A stretch of DNA of 46,768 bases. Origin: Patescibacteria group bacterium. GTDB taxonomy: Bacteria > Patescibacteriota > Minisyncoccia > UBA6257 > 2-01-FULL-56-20. The stretch covers positions 1-46,768 of the forward strand of contig JBBUBW010000044.1 of the NCBI GenBank assembly GCA_038058095.1. Direction: 5' to 3'. Shown in pieces: positions 17,917-27,329 of this stretch (positions are counted from its first letter, which is position 1; every line of letters begins with the position of its first letter). Under the pieces are notes generated by a model. It was not told where the DNA came from and did not search any database. It saw nothing but the letters and a program-made list of their open reading frames with translations. A program made the position numbers and the translations under genes.

Positions 17917-19167
17917 AATTTCAAAATATCCTTGGAGCAAATAATCTCTCGATTTCTTCTCGAGCTCCTCTTTGTCAAAATAAACCGAAAAAATCTTATT
18001 CCAAAGAGCTTCCTGATGATGGTAAAGATATTTCACCATATCTTTTTCTTTAACTAAAGACATCACAGTATCTACGATATTAAAACTCACCAAAGTGTCG
18101 CGGCCAATTTCGTCTTTAAAATAATCGCCCACCCAATCCAAATTTTCCCAAAAAAGAAGTTCCTTAGAAAAACCGTCTAATATATCTCCGATCTTCGCCA
18201 AATTTTCGCTCGCCTTAGCCCAATGAATCGCCTCGGGATTTATGTGAGGCACAAAAAGCCTCCAATCATTCTCGTCGTCTTTTGCCAAATATCTCTGCAC
18301 CACCAGCCACAAAGACCTATCGCTATCCGCAAAATGTCTGTCTAAAACATCTCCCCGCAAAAGCGAAGTAAAATTATTAGTAAAAGTAATTTTATTTTTT
18401 GCAATTTCCTGAAAAATTTTAGAATAAAAAGGAATTTCATAAAGATAATGCAATATCAACACAAACATCCTTAAAATCTCTCCCGAAATCCCAAGCATTG
18501 TCGGAATCACAAAAACCACCCCCAATTCTTTTAAGTGGCTTATATTGTGCCTCTTCTTAAGAACAAATTCCTGCGCCGAACTGCCCCACTTATCACTTAA
18601 TGCTTTGACCACAATTTCCCTCTCCTCAAAATCCTCCGGCATCAGCTTCTCGTATTGTTTGAAGAAAACCGTATTCAGCCACTCCCCTCCCTCGACAAAC
18701 CGTAGCGCGCTATAAACCTCATACAAATCCTCCTTCGCGAGCATCTCTTGAGCCGATGAATATCCCAACGCCTGCATCACTTTTTTCGGCGGCTCACTCA
18801 TTAAAAACTCCTTTGCTTTATCTAATTTCAAAAAAAATCCCTTAGGAGGATTAACCGCCCCTTTTGCCACGTCCACTATTTCCTGGCAATCCTTCGTCAC
18901 TTGGCAATTAGGATTCCCTAAAGATTGAAAAAGCCTGCGGTCATCTGATTCAATTTTCGAAATCAAAGCATCGTAAATTTCCTTGGCGTCGGACCCGCCC
19001 TGTACCCCTAAAGACAGCATCCGATCCTTCATTAAGGCATCGTTCTCTTCCATTATTTTATCCAACATCCCCTTTTTTCCGGTTATCGCCTCAAACTTTC
19101 GCTCAATCTTGGCAATATAATCCCTATCCGTCCTTAAAATCCTGGCAATCTCTTCGATTGAATTCAT
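17914..19167 (-). CDS. Hypothetical protein (417 aa)
   Basis: Long uninterrupted ORF abutting the downstream kinase gene. I recognise no motif. Confidence 0.6.
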   Translation of the reverse strand: MNSIEEIARILRTDRDYIAKIERKFEAITGKKGMLDKIMEENDALMKDRMLSLGVQGGSDAKEIYDALISKIESDDRRLFQSLGNPNCQVTKDCQEIVDVAKGAVNPPKGFFLKLDKAKEFLMSEPPKKVMQALGYSSAQEMLAKEDLYEVYSALRFVEGGEWLNTVFFKQYEKLMPEDFEEREIVVKALSDKWGSSAQEFVLKKRHNISHLKELGVVFVIPTMLGISGEILRMFVLILHYLYEIPFYSKIFQEIAKNKITFTNNFTSLLRGDVLDRHFADSDRSLWLVVQRYLAKDDENDWRLFVPHINPEAIHWAKASENLAKIGDILDGFSKELLFWENLDWVGDYFKDEIGRDTLVSFNIVDTVMSLVKEKDMVKYLYHHQEALWNKIFSVYFDKEELEKKSRDYLLQGYFEI

Positions 19168-19170
19168 ATA

Positions 19171-20238
19171 TTAAATTTTCTCTATTTTTACGCTTAACTT
19201 TTTCCATCTCGCCTGCGTCTCGAATTCTTTCTTGGTTAAAATCCCCGATTGTGCCCCTATTTCCTCAACATTCGCTGTTGCGTTCGCCGATCCCAGTTTT
19301 ATTCCATAAATAATATCCTTCTCTTTAAATTGAAATCTTTTAGTCTTGCTTGGCACCTGATACTTGGCACCTGATACTTGCCGCAGTAATCCCGCCACAA
19401 ACCCAGACCCAAAAGAATCTCCCGCTCCCGTTCTGTCGGCAATTCTTTTTTCTTTATATATTCCCGCTCGATAAATATTTTTCCCATCCGAAACCATCAC
19501 GCCCTTAGGCCCATCCGTCATCACCGCTAATCCTCCAACTAATTCATCGAATTTCTTAAAAATCCCTCGCTCATTTTTATACTCCACGCTCGTGAGATAT
19601 GCGCCCTCCTCACGATTCAAAACAATAATATCTAAATTATCAAAAATCGGCTTGAGTTTTTTTAGTCCTAACTCAATATAATGTTTTGATGGATTCATAG
19701 CGACGATCGCTCCTTTTTTTTTAAGTTTTTCCACAATATCCGCTACCACCGAAACCCGAATTGCGCCCGGCGCAATATAAACAAGATCAGCCATAAATTT
19801 CCCCTTAGGGATCTCTGAAAATAATAAATCTCTAGAAGCGCCGCGATAGTTCAAAATCGTTCGCTCGCCGTCAGGCGAGATTAGAATAACCGAATAAGCC
19901 GTTCCAATATTCTTATTAAAAACCACTAGTGGCTTAACCCCTTCTTCCCGCAAAACCCGCAAAACTTCTTCTCCGTTCTGGTCTCGTCCAATCTTTACCA
20001 AAGCTTCGGTTTCAAATCCTTGCCTGGCAAAAGTTATCGCCGCATTGGCCGCCCCGCCACCCAAAGTTAATAGCGGTTCTGAAATTTCCACCTTGCCCCC
20101 AAGTCCCACCGCGAAACACTGGGCCTCTCCTGTTGGGAAACCAGCTTTTCTAAGATGCTTGGGGTCATGTACTATTCTAAAAAAATCTCCCCGCAAAACA
20201 ATATCTCTAGTGGCCGTTCCAATCGTCAGAACCTTCAT
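19171..20238 (-). CDS. PfkB-family carbohydrate kinase (ribokinase-like)
   Basis: GGGAANAA and DRTGAGDSFGSGFVAGL motifs. A ~20-aa insert sits before the C-terminal lid. Confidence 0.85.
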   Translation of the reverse strand: MKVLTIGTATRDIVLRGDFFRIVHDPKHLRKAGFPTGEAQCFAVGLGGKVEISEPLLTLGGGAANAAITFARQGFETEALVKIGRDQNGEEVLRVLREEGVKPLVVFNKNIGTAYSVILISPDGERTILNYRGASRDLLFSEIPKGKFMADLVYIAPGAIRVSVVADIVEKLKKKGAIVAMNPSKHYIELGLKKLKPIFDNLDIIVLNREEGAYLTSVEYKNERGIFKKFDELVGGLAVMTDGPKGVMVSDGKNIYRAGIYKEKRIADRTGAGDSFGSGFVAGLLRQVSGAKYQVPSKTKRFQFKEKDIIYGIKLGSANATANVEEIGAQSGILTKKEFETQARWKKLSVKIEKI

Positions 20239-20325
20239 GATTATAATTATACCAGGACTTCCCTTCTCAACAAAATCATCTTCTCATCTTCCAATCTCTA
20301 TTCTCTAACCTCTACTTTCTATTTT

Positions 20326-21378
20326 CTAGTTACTATTTTCTATTTCTAAATACGGCTGAAAAGTAGGATTGATTTTAACCCTTATCGGCTCCACGCTATC
20401 AATCTTCCCATCTATAATCTTCACTTCCGCCACCAACCCCTCCATCGTTTCATCGGAAAAATTCTGGTCAAAAACAAAATTCCCTAAACTATATATAATC
20501 CAACCGTCTTTATATTGTTCAATTTCCTCCGGCACATGCGGATGATGCCCCACCACCAAATCCGCCCCGACCTCAATAAACTCGTGAGCTATTTTTTGCT
20601 GCGATAAACTCACCTTTGGCTGGTATTCCTCCCCCCAATGCATCGAAACTATCACTAAATCGGCTTTTTCCTTTAATTCCTTAATCTTCGTTTTGATTTT
20701 TGACACATCAAAGTCGCTTACTCCGGCTTGCCCTCCCTGAGCCGCCAGCCCTTTGGGCAAAAGGTTGGTATATGCTAGAAATGCCAATTTTTTTGATTTC
20801 ACTTCCAAAATCGCCGCCCCATTTGCTTCCTCATAATTTTTCCCGGCGCCGGCAAATTTAACCCCGCTCTCTTCCAAATAAGATCGCGTATCCAAAAGCG
20901 CGGTGGATCCATAATCCAAAATGTGATTGTTCGCTAAAGACACGACATCAAAACCCGCCCACCTCAAAGCTTCCGCCACTTTTGGGTCAAACCTAAAAGA
21001 ATAGATACTCCCCTGTTTTACTCCTCCACTAGATATCGGCCCCTCCAAATTTCCAAAAACCAAATCGGTTGAATTCAAGAAATCAGCCAAATTTAAAAAC
21101 GGATAATTAAAATCGCCGTGCTTCTTAATTTGGTTAGCCACTCCCCGGTCAAGCATTAAATCTCCCACCAAAATCAATTTAATCTCTTTGGCCTTAGCTA
21201 ATTCAACTTCTCTTTTCTCGGCCAGCAAACTGCCATATTTATCTCCAGTAATAACTGAACTGATAGCGGCTTTTAGTTCCGCTTCTTTAATAAAAGAAAA
21301 ATCAGTAGAAAAACTTATCACCCCTACCGCCAAAATTAACAGAAATCCAAAAAGAAAAAGATAATTCAAATATTTCAT
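20326..21378 (-). CDS. CapA/PgsA-family metallophosphatase-like protein with N-terminal TM anchor
   Basis: LVGDLMLDRG, GNLEGPIS, LANNHILDYG, SMHWGEEY and GHHPHV motifs. Confidence 0.8.
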   Translation of the reverse strand: MKYLNYLFLFGFLLILAVGVISFSTDFSFIKEAELKAAISSVITGDKYGSLLAEKREVELAKAKEIKLILVGDLMLDRGVANQIKKHGDFNYPFLNLADFLNSTDLVFGNLEGPISSGGVKQGSIYSFRFDPKVAEALRWAGFDVVSLANNHILDYGSTALLDTRSYLEESGVKFAGAGKNYEEANGAAILEVKSKKLAFLAYTNLLPKGLAAQGGQAGVSDFDVSKIKTKIKELKEKADLVIVSMHWGEEYQPKVSLSQQKIAHEFIEVGADLVVGHHPHVPEEIEQYKDGWIIYSLGNFVFDQNFSDETMEGLVAEVKIIDGKIDSVEPIRVKINPTFQPYLEIENSN

Positions 21379-21519
21379 CCCTTCCTATAAAAATAACACC
21401 AAACCAATACCTAGCCAAGAAGAAGGCGGCCCTAAACGACCGCCTTCTTCAAACCCAGCATTTTTCCTTACTTCTACTTTCTATTTTCTAGATTCTAGAT
21501 TCTAGATTTCTGTTTATTG

Positions 21520-22776
21520 TCACAACTGGAGTAGAAGCAACTTCAATTGCTCAGCAATATTATTTAACTGCAATTGGATTGACTGCAGCGCCGAAGCTGA
21601 ATATGACGCACTGGGATAAGCTTGGTTTAGAACCGGCGCAATAGTTTTGGTTGGATATATCTTAGGCGAAACCGGGGTAGTTGAAGAAGCGGACACATTC
21701 ACTGTCACAGACCTTGAATCAGAGCCTCCGGCACCGTCAAAAACGTTAAATAATATAGTATGGCTGCCAGTAGTAGAAAAAGCATGCGAAGCGTTGGTTG
21801 TTGCTCCACTATTAACGTTCCCATTGCAACCACTTCCCGTCGAACAAGCTCCATCCCAATAAAAATAGTAAGAAAGGTTTGCGCCCTCCGGATCGGTTGC
21901 GTTCGCATACCACGTTCCACTCTGCCCCACTGTTAAACTAGTCGGCCCAGTAAAACTATTTATCACCGGCGGCTGGTTGGTAGCAGCTAATACGGTAACT
22001 AATTTATTAGCAGAAGTTGTTAAACCACCACTATCAGTAGCTCTAAGTGTGATAGTGTAATTCCCCGGTGTTGTATAGGATTGGGGGTAACTCCGTATTT
22101 GTCCACTCGGAACATTAGGATCATAAGTCATAAGAGTCCCGGAAGCGCCCCAACTCACACTGTTAGTAATCAATCCACCCTCCGGATCCGTTACCGCGAC
22201 CTGCCAATAATTTATCGTGTTAATATAAACACTCGTCGGTCCCGTAAAACTATTTATCACTGGAGGCATATTTACTACCGTTACACACCCCGTCGGCTCC
22301 GGTCCACCACTGAAAAGGTAATTAATTTCATCATTCACATCAAACACATCCGTTGCTCCACTCCCATTCACATCTGTCACATAAGTTGAGCTCCCATTGT
22401 TGAAAGCCACATCGATAATTATATTTAGATCAAAAATATTTGGCTGTCCATCCTTATTCACATCACCGCAATGAGCGATAGAAGAGGTAACTACCTTCTC
22501 AAGATAGCTTCCCACCGACCATCCGTCTGGCGGATTATCATAATTTACATTCCACCAAGTATATCCGCTACCACTCACTGGACCGCTAACGATATTTCCC
22601 AAAGCTCCCGCCGGTTGAGTTCCCAAAACCGTCCCGCTTGCGGTGGAAGGAAACGACCGAACATTCAATGTTGCTGTCGTCCACACTCTATCCCCTGCCG
22701 CAAACTGCGCGTGCGCCGCCGAAACCCCAAAAGCAAAAATAGAGATTCCCGCTAATAAAAATATGTATTTTTTCAT
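21520..22776 (-). CDS. Secreted protein: signal peptide, SH3b-like domain, dockerin-like Ca-binding module, two PKD-like domains
   Basis: Signal MKKYIFLLAGISIFAFGVSAAHA; SH3b-like ...YTWWNVNYDNPPDGWSVGSYLE; dockerin-like CGDVNKDGQPNIFDLN...DVNGSGATDVFDVN; PKD-like WGASG.../FYWDG... repeats. Confidence 0.8.
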   Translation of the reverse strand: MKKYIFLLAGISIFAFGVSAAHAQFAAGDRVWTTATLNVRSFPSTASGTVLGTQPAGALGNIVSGPVSGSGYTWWNVNYDNPPDGWSVGSYLEKVVTSSIAHCGDVNKDGQPNIFDLNIIIDVAFNNGSSTYVTDVNGSGATDVFDVNDEINYLFSGGPEPTGCVTVVNMPPVINSFTGPTSVYINTINYWQVAVTDPEGGLITNSVSWGASGTLMTYDPNVPSGQIRSYPQSYTTPGNYTITLRATDSGGLTTSANKLVTVLAATNQPPVINSFTGPTSLTVGQSGTWYANATDPEGANLSYYFYWDGACSTGSGCNGNVNSGATTNASHAFSTTGSHTILFNVFDGAGGSDSRSVTVNVSASSTTPVSPKIYPTKTIAPVLNQAYPSASYSASALQSIQLQLNNIAEQLKLLLLQL

Positions 22777-22955
22777 TATTGTTTAATTTTAACCCTCCTA
22801 GTCCCGCCAAGCGGGATTCTGGAGAATGATTTTTATTGTTTTAAGTATTTATTTTATACGCCACAAACATCCCCGAATTTTCGACCGCCAAACCCAAGGA
22901 ATTTTACAAACCCCCTAAAGACGTTCCTTCTGCACTCCTATTACAAACTTCCCTA

Positions 22956-22983
22956 ATTATACCCCCCCTCAAAAATTGCGTCC
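22956..22983 (-). promoter_or_regulatory. Promoter-like element TTTTTGA-G7-TATAAT upstream of the 418-aa surface protein gene
   Basis: Minus strand reads ACGCAATTTTTGAGGGGGGGTATAAT. The G7 tract (C7 at 22962-22968 on plus) directly abuts the -10 box. Confidence 0.5.
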
Positions 22984-23062
22984 TGTGGAAAACTAAAGGT
23001 GGCTTCCTTCTGGAAGCCACCTTTTCTAAACCCAAAACTCTTCCTGTTTTCTATTTACTATC

Positions 23063-25810
23063 TTAATTCGTCCCAGCCGCAGTACCGTGATAAGGCACTC
23101 CGCACGTCGGCGCCAGACCATTCGAGTAAACGTGATCAATTAAGACATTCAAATCAAACACGTCGGGCTGGCCATCGCCATTTAGGTCGGTTTTTACTCC
23201 AGTTAGCACTGTTCCTCCGCTAAAAATGTAATTCTGATAAACAGTCACATCGGCTGCGTTAATCAAACCATCCGCATTAATGTCGCCGCAAGCAAGACTA
23301 AGCGTTGGAGTGGAAACAATAACCGTCACATCACTCTTTGTCACTCCGCCTTTGCCGTCATTAACCGTGAACCTGGCTGGATAAGTTCCAGCCGCCCCAT
23401 AAGTATGAAGGAAGGTTGGCCCAGCCTGCTGAGCATTTTCTCCCCCGTCTCCCCAAGTCACACTGTAATATAAGAAATCGTTATTCGGATCCGATGCTAG
23501 CACCGTCCACGTTCCAGATTGCTGAGCAACTAAAGAAGTCGGACCAGTCATACTGTTGATTGTTGGCGAAAGATTCTGCCGTATTGGCGTCACACACGTC
23601 GGCGCCGGTGCTTGACCTGCCAAGTAATTCGACAAAGCTATTTGGTCAAAAACATCTGGAGAACCATCCCCGTTCAAGTCAGGATTTACTCCCACTGGAA
23701 CCGAAGCTCCGCTAAATATATAGTTTATGAGAGCTGTCACGTCTGCTTGGTTTATCACGCCGTCGGCGTTGATGTCGCCGCAAGTAGCGACACCTGCCCC
23801 AGAAGCTACAATACTGAAAGCCTGATCGCTTTCGTCATATGCGTAAGGCCAAGCAAGCTCATTTACTGGATAGCCTATGGGATCATACTCAATCAAAATC
23901 TTATATCGCCCAATACCTCTTAAATAAGAGGGTACTGTCCAAGAATATTTGCCTAAATTAGATGGGGTTTGAGTACTACCATTAACATTGGAATAATTTA
24001 TCTGACTTAAAAAATGGGGTGGATTTGGAAAAGTTTGATTCTGATTCAAGTCAACCAAATACATCGTAACCACCCTATTGGGATCTTTAGCTAACCAAGT
24101 AATATCGTAAGTTTTGCCGGCTTCTAAACGTTCGCCATTATTGGGAAACGTGATAGCGAGAGACCCTCGCAAAGCCGGTGGAGCAATGGCACTAAACACA
24201 GAATCGCTAAAATCGTACACATTGGTGTCAACGCCATTTTCTGTTGAAACCACCTTTACTTTGTACCGCATATCGGGATAGGAATTTAAATCTATAGTGT
24301 CATTTTGCACATATAGTCTTGGAGGTATTATAGTATCAAAATTTCCCGCCGTTCCAACCCAATTATAAGCAGTGCCAACCTTTACCTCCTTAATTACTTG
24401 ATTGTCCTTAAGAAATTCGAGATAAATAGCCACGCTCGAATTAGAGGGTAATGAAGATGTCCATTTAACCGGCAATCTTTGCCCGATTAAAGCAATCTCT
24501 CCTCCATTCGGCGAAAGAACAGTAATACTAGACGTCGAAGTCGGCGTTACTGGTGGTACTACTGGCACAGCCACGCACGTCGGCGCCAGACCTTGACCCC
24601 CTAAATAATTGGATAAGGCAATTTGGTCAAATACATCCGCCACTCCATCACCGTTCAAGTCTGGGTTTACTCCCGCTGGTACCGAAGCACCACTGAATAT
24701 ATGGCTTACTAAAGCCGTCACGTCTGTTTGGTTTATCACTCCGTCGGCGTTAATGTCACCGCAGGTATTAGTAACCACACTCGTTCCCGTCTTAGTTAAC
24801 CAATCCTCTGCCGACCAACCGTCCACTCCGGTTTGGTAATCTAAATTCCACCACCAACTGCCCACAATAGACCATACCGGCCCACCCACGACAGTCGCTT
24901 TAGCGCCCACCGGCTGGACACCCGAAGGCACCCCGCTCGCGTATGTCCGAACATTGATATTATCGGTCGCCTGCGCCGTATCCCCTATTTTAAATTTAGT
25001 GCTCGGCTGGCTAAGTGTCTTACCACCATCAATCACATTCACAGAGATTAATCTGGAAGCTGAAGCTCCGGCTTGATCTGTCGCCGTAAGTTTTAATTGG
25101 AAATTTCCTACGCTCGAAAAAATATGACGAGCCGGAGCCGATTGCCCACTCGCTAAAGTGTAAAAATCAGAAGTTCCGTCTCCCCACTCCACTTTATAAA
25201 TTACCGAACCTCCTTCCGGATCCGTTCCTTCTAATCTCCACCAATTGCTATCATTTGCCCCCACGCTCGTCGGACTCACGAAAGCATCCGTAGTTAAAAC
25301 CGGCGCCTTATTTCCAGTTGTCTCCCCGCCCAAAACATCAATTTTTTCTAAGAAATCTCCCACCGAATATCCACTTGATCCATTGTCGTAATTAACCTGC
25401 CACCACCAATAAACTCCTCCTTGCTGAGGTCCTCCAGCAATAGTCCCTTTAGTATGAGGCGGCACCACCGCCACAGCGCTACCTCCCGGCGCCACTCGAA
25501 CATTTAAATCAAAAGTTGATTGCACTTTATCGTTAATAGCAAACTTTTGGCTCGGATTAATATTCACCACTGGACCAACTCCACCCGTCACCTGCATATA
25601 CTTTTCTTGGCTTTGCCCCTGAGTTTGCCCTCCTTGAAGCGCAGCTAACTGCGCCTGAAGCCGTTGGATCGTCGCTAAAAGTGCTTGAATCTGGACCATA
25701 AGTGCCTGGACCGCTGGATCTGTTGTTTGTGCTAACCCTCGACCAGGAAATATCAAAAAACTAAAAACCAAAAGAACGGAAGCCAAACCACTAATTAATT
25801 TTTTATTCAT
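23063..25810 (-). CDS. Large secreted protein (915 aa): N-terminal coiled coil, SH3b-like domains, PKD-like domains, three dockerin-like modules
   Basis: Signal peptide; QALMVQIQALLATIQRLQAQLAALQG; three copies of CGDINADG(V/L)IN...DLNGDG..DVFD...APTC. Confidence 0.85.
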   Translation of the reverse strand: MNKKLISGLASVLLVFSFLIFPGRGLAQTTDPAVQALMVQIQALLATIQRLQAQLAALQGGQTQGQSQEKYMQVTGGVGPVVNINPSQKFAINDKVQSTFDLNVRVAPGGSAVAVVPPHTKGTIAGGPQQGGVYWWWQVNYDNGSSGYSVGDFLEKIDVLGGETTGNKAPVLTTDAFVSPTSVGANDSNWWRLEGTDPEGGSVIYKVEWGDGTSDFYTLASGQSAPARHIFSSVGNFQLKLTATDQAGASASRLISVNVIDGGKTLSQPSTKFKIGDTAQATDNINVRTYASGVPSGVQPVGAKATVVGGPVWSIVGSWWWNLDYQTGVDGWSAEDWLTKTGTSVVTNTCGDINADGVINQTDVTALVSHIFSGASVPAGVNPDLNGDGVADVFDQIALSNYLGGQGLAPTCVAVPVVPPVTPTSTSSITVLSPNGGEIALIGQRLPVKWTSSLPSNSSVAIYLEFLKDNQVIKEVKVGTAYNWVGTAGNFDTIIPPRLYVQNDTIDLNSYPDMRYKVKVVSTENGVDTNVYDFSDSVFSAIAPPALRGSLAITFPNNGERLEAGKTYDITWLAKDPNRVVTMYLVDLNQNQTFPNPPHFLSQINYSNVNGSTQTPSNLGKYSWTVPSYLRGIGRYKILIEYDPIGYPVNELAWPYAYDESDQAFSIVASGAGVATCGDINADGVINQADVTALINYIFSGASVPVGVNPDLNGDGSPDVFDQIALSNYLAGQAPAPTCVTPIRQNLSPTINSMTGPTSLVAQQSGTWTVLASDPNNDFLYYSVTWGDGGENAQQAGPTFLHTYGAAGTYPARFTVNDGKGGVTKSDVTVIVSTPTLSLACGDINADGLINAADVTVYQNYIFSGGTVLTGVKTDLNGDGQPDVFDLNVLIDHVYSNGLAPTCGVPYHGTAAGTN
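23102..23290 (-). repeat. Dockerin-like module copy 1 (intragenic ~190-nt repeat; other copies at 23594-23782 and 24576-24763)
   Basis: The nucleotide-level similarity between the three segments is visible by eye, and each is bounded by Cys codons. Confidence 0.7.
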
Positions 25811-25896
25811 ATCTATAATTTATTCTCTAAAACCTTTACCCTCCCAAGTTTTAAAAAGTTCTGAGGGCTCAAAACTTGCGACTTTAACTACTTATT

Positions 25897-25923
25897 ATGA
25901 TACACCCCCCCGTCCATTTGCAA
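25897..25923 (-). promoter_or_regulatory. Promoter-like element TTGCAA-N-G7-TG-TATCAT upstream of the 915-aa gene
   Basis: Minus strand reads TTTGCAAATGGACGGGGGGGTGTATCAT. C7 lies at 25905-25911 on the plus strand. Confidence 0.45.
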
Positions 25924-25942
25924 ACCTGTTGAAAAGTCTAAT

Positions 25943-26947
25943 CTATCGCTTCCTTTTTATAACCTTCCGAACAGCGCGAATAATATCCGGAACGTCCATT
26001 CCGTACTTCTTTATTAATTCGCCGGATGATCCGGATTCACCAAAAACATCTTGCATCCCCACAAATTCCATCGGGGTTGGCACATGTTTCGCCAAAACCT
26101 CCGCCACCGCGCCCCCTAAACCGCCCGAAACCTGATGTTCCTCAACCGTCACCACCGCCCCTGTCTTCCGAGCTAATTCAATGATTTTCTTTTCATCTAA
26201 CGGCTTAATCGTGTGTGAATTTAAAACAATCACCCCAATTTTTTCCTTTTCTAAATCCCGCGCCGCAATTAGCGCATTATATAGAAGCTGACCACACCCG
26301 ATAATTACCACTTGCGCTTTACCTCTACCATTCGTTGTTTCCCAAAGAACTTCCGCCTTTCCGGGAACAAATGGGGTTTTTTCGGTAGTAAAAACATGGG
26401 TTTTTTCTCGGCCAACTCTTAAATAAACCGGTCCCCAAATTTTTGCGGCAGCAAGAGTCGCTTTTTTAGCTTCAATTGAATCGCACGGCGCAAACACTTT
26501 CATATTCGCCATTACTCTCATTGTGGCAATATCCTCGACTGCCTGATGCGTTGCCCCGTCCGGCCCCACCGAAATCCCTGCGTGCGCGCCGACAATTTTC
26601 ACATTTGAGTCGTTATATGAAATAGTCGTCCGGATTTGCTCCCAATTTCTCCCCGGTGAAAAAGTGGCATACGAAGCGATAAATGGAATTTTTCCCGAAA
26701 CCCCCAAACCCGCCGCAATCGTCGCTAAGTTTTGCTCCGCCACTCCCACCTCAAAAAACCGCTCTGGAAATTTATTAGCAAACGGCTCAATTCTTGTTGA
26801 CTCCGAAAGATCCGCCGTGAGCGCCACCACGTTCTTATTGTGCTCTCCTGCGAGTAGTAAACCTTCACCAAAGCCATCTCTCGTAGCCTTCATTTCGATG
26901 TCGCCGGCAAATACTTTATTACTAAGTTTTATTAATGGATTTAACAT
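25943..26947 (-). CDS. Transketolase, C-terminal (pyrimidine-binding) subunit
   Basis: ATRDGFGEGL..., GVAEQN, and a C-terminal transketolase domain. It is the partner of the N-terminal subunit at 27330-28184. Confidence 0.9.
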   Translation of the reverse strand: MLNPLIKLSNKVFAGDIEMKATRDGFGEGLLLAGEHNKNVVALTADLSESTRIEPFANKFPERFFEVGVAEQNLATIAAGLGVSGKIPFIASYATFSPGRNWEQIRTTISYNDSNVKIVGAHAGISVGPDGATHQAVEDIATMRVMANMKVFAPCDSIEAKKATLAAAKIWGPVYLRVGREKTHVFTTEKTPFVPGKAEVLWETTNGRGKAQVVIIGCGQLLYNALIAARDLEKEKIGVIVLNSHTIKPLDEKKIIELARKTGAVVTVEEHQVSGGLGGAVAEVLAKHVPTPMEFVGMQDVFGESGSSGELIKKYGMDVPDIIRAVRKVIKRKR

Positions 26948-26965
26948 AGAATATTAAGAAAAGTT

Positions 26966-27274
26966 TCACCTAAAAAAATCGAGTATATAAGGCAGGTTAA
27001 TTAATATTATCAATAAAGCTATGGACACAACAACTATCCTTGTTTTTTTGCTAATTACTTTTCCTTTATCAAGTTTAGCAAAAAATAAAACTATAAATCC
27101 TAGAAGAATGCCGATAACCATTATAGGAAAGATTAATAACGCTGCTACCCCTTCCGGCCCCGGTTCCATCCAAATCACAAAAGATTGAATTAAACCTACT
27201 AATCCAGTAATTACGTAAACCCAACCTATTATAGAAAGAACAGGCACTTTTTTAGGAAAAAGATTCTTATTCAT
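26966..27274 (-). CDS. Small integral membrane protein (102 aa, ~3 TM helices)
   Basis: Hydrophobic segments VLSIIGWVYVITGLVGLI, LLIFPIMVIGILLGFIVLFF and IVVVSIALLIILI. It sits between the two transketolase halves. Confidence 0.6.
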   Translation of the reverse strand: MNKNLFPKKVPVLSIIGWVYVITGLVGLIQSFVIWMEPGPEGVAALLIFPIMVIGILLGFIVLFFAKLDKGKVISKKTRIVVVSIALLIILINLPYILDFFR

Positions 27275-27329
27275 ATTTTTAAATTTCTATCCGTCATTTT
27301 TATCTTTTAGATTTACACTTTTAATTTTA

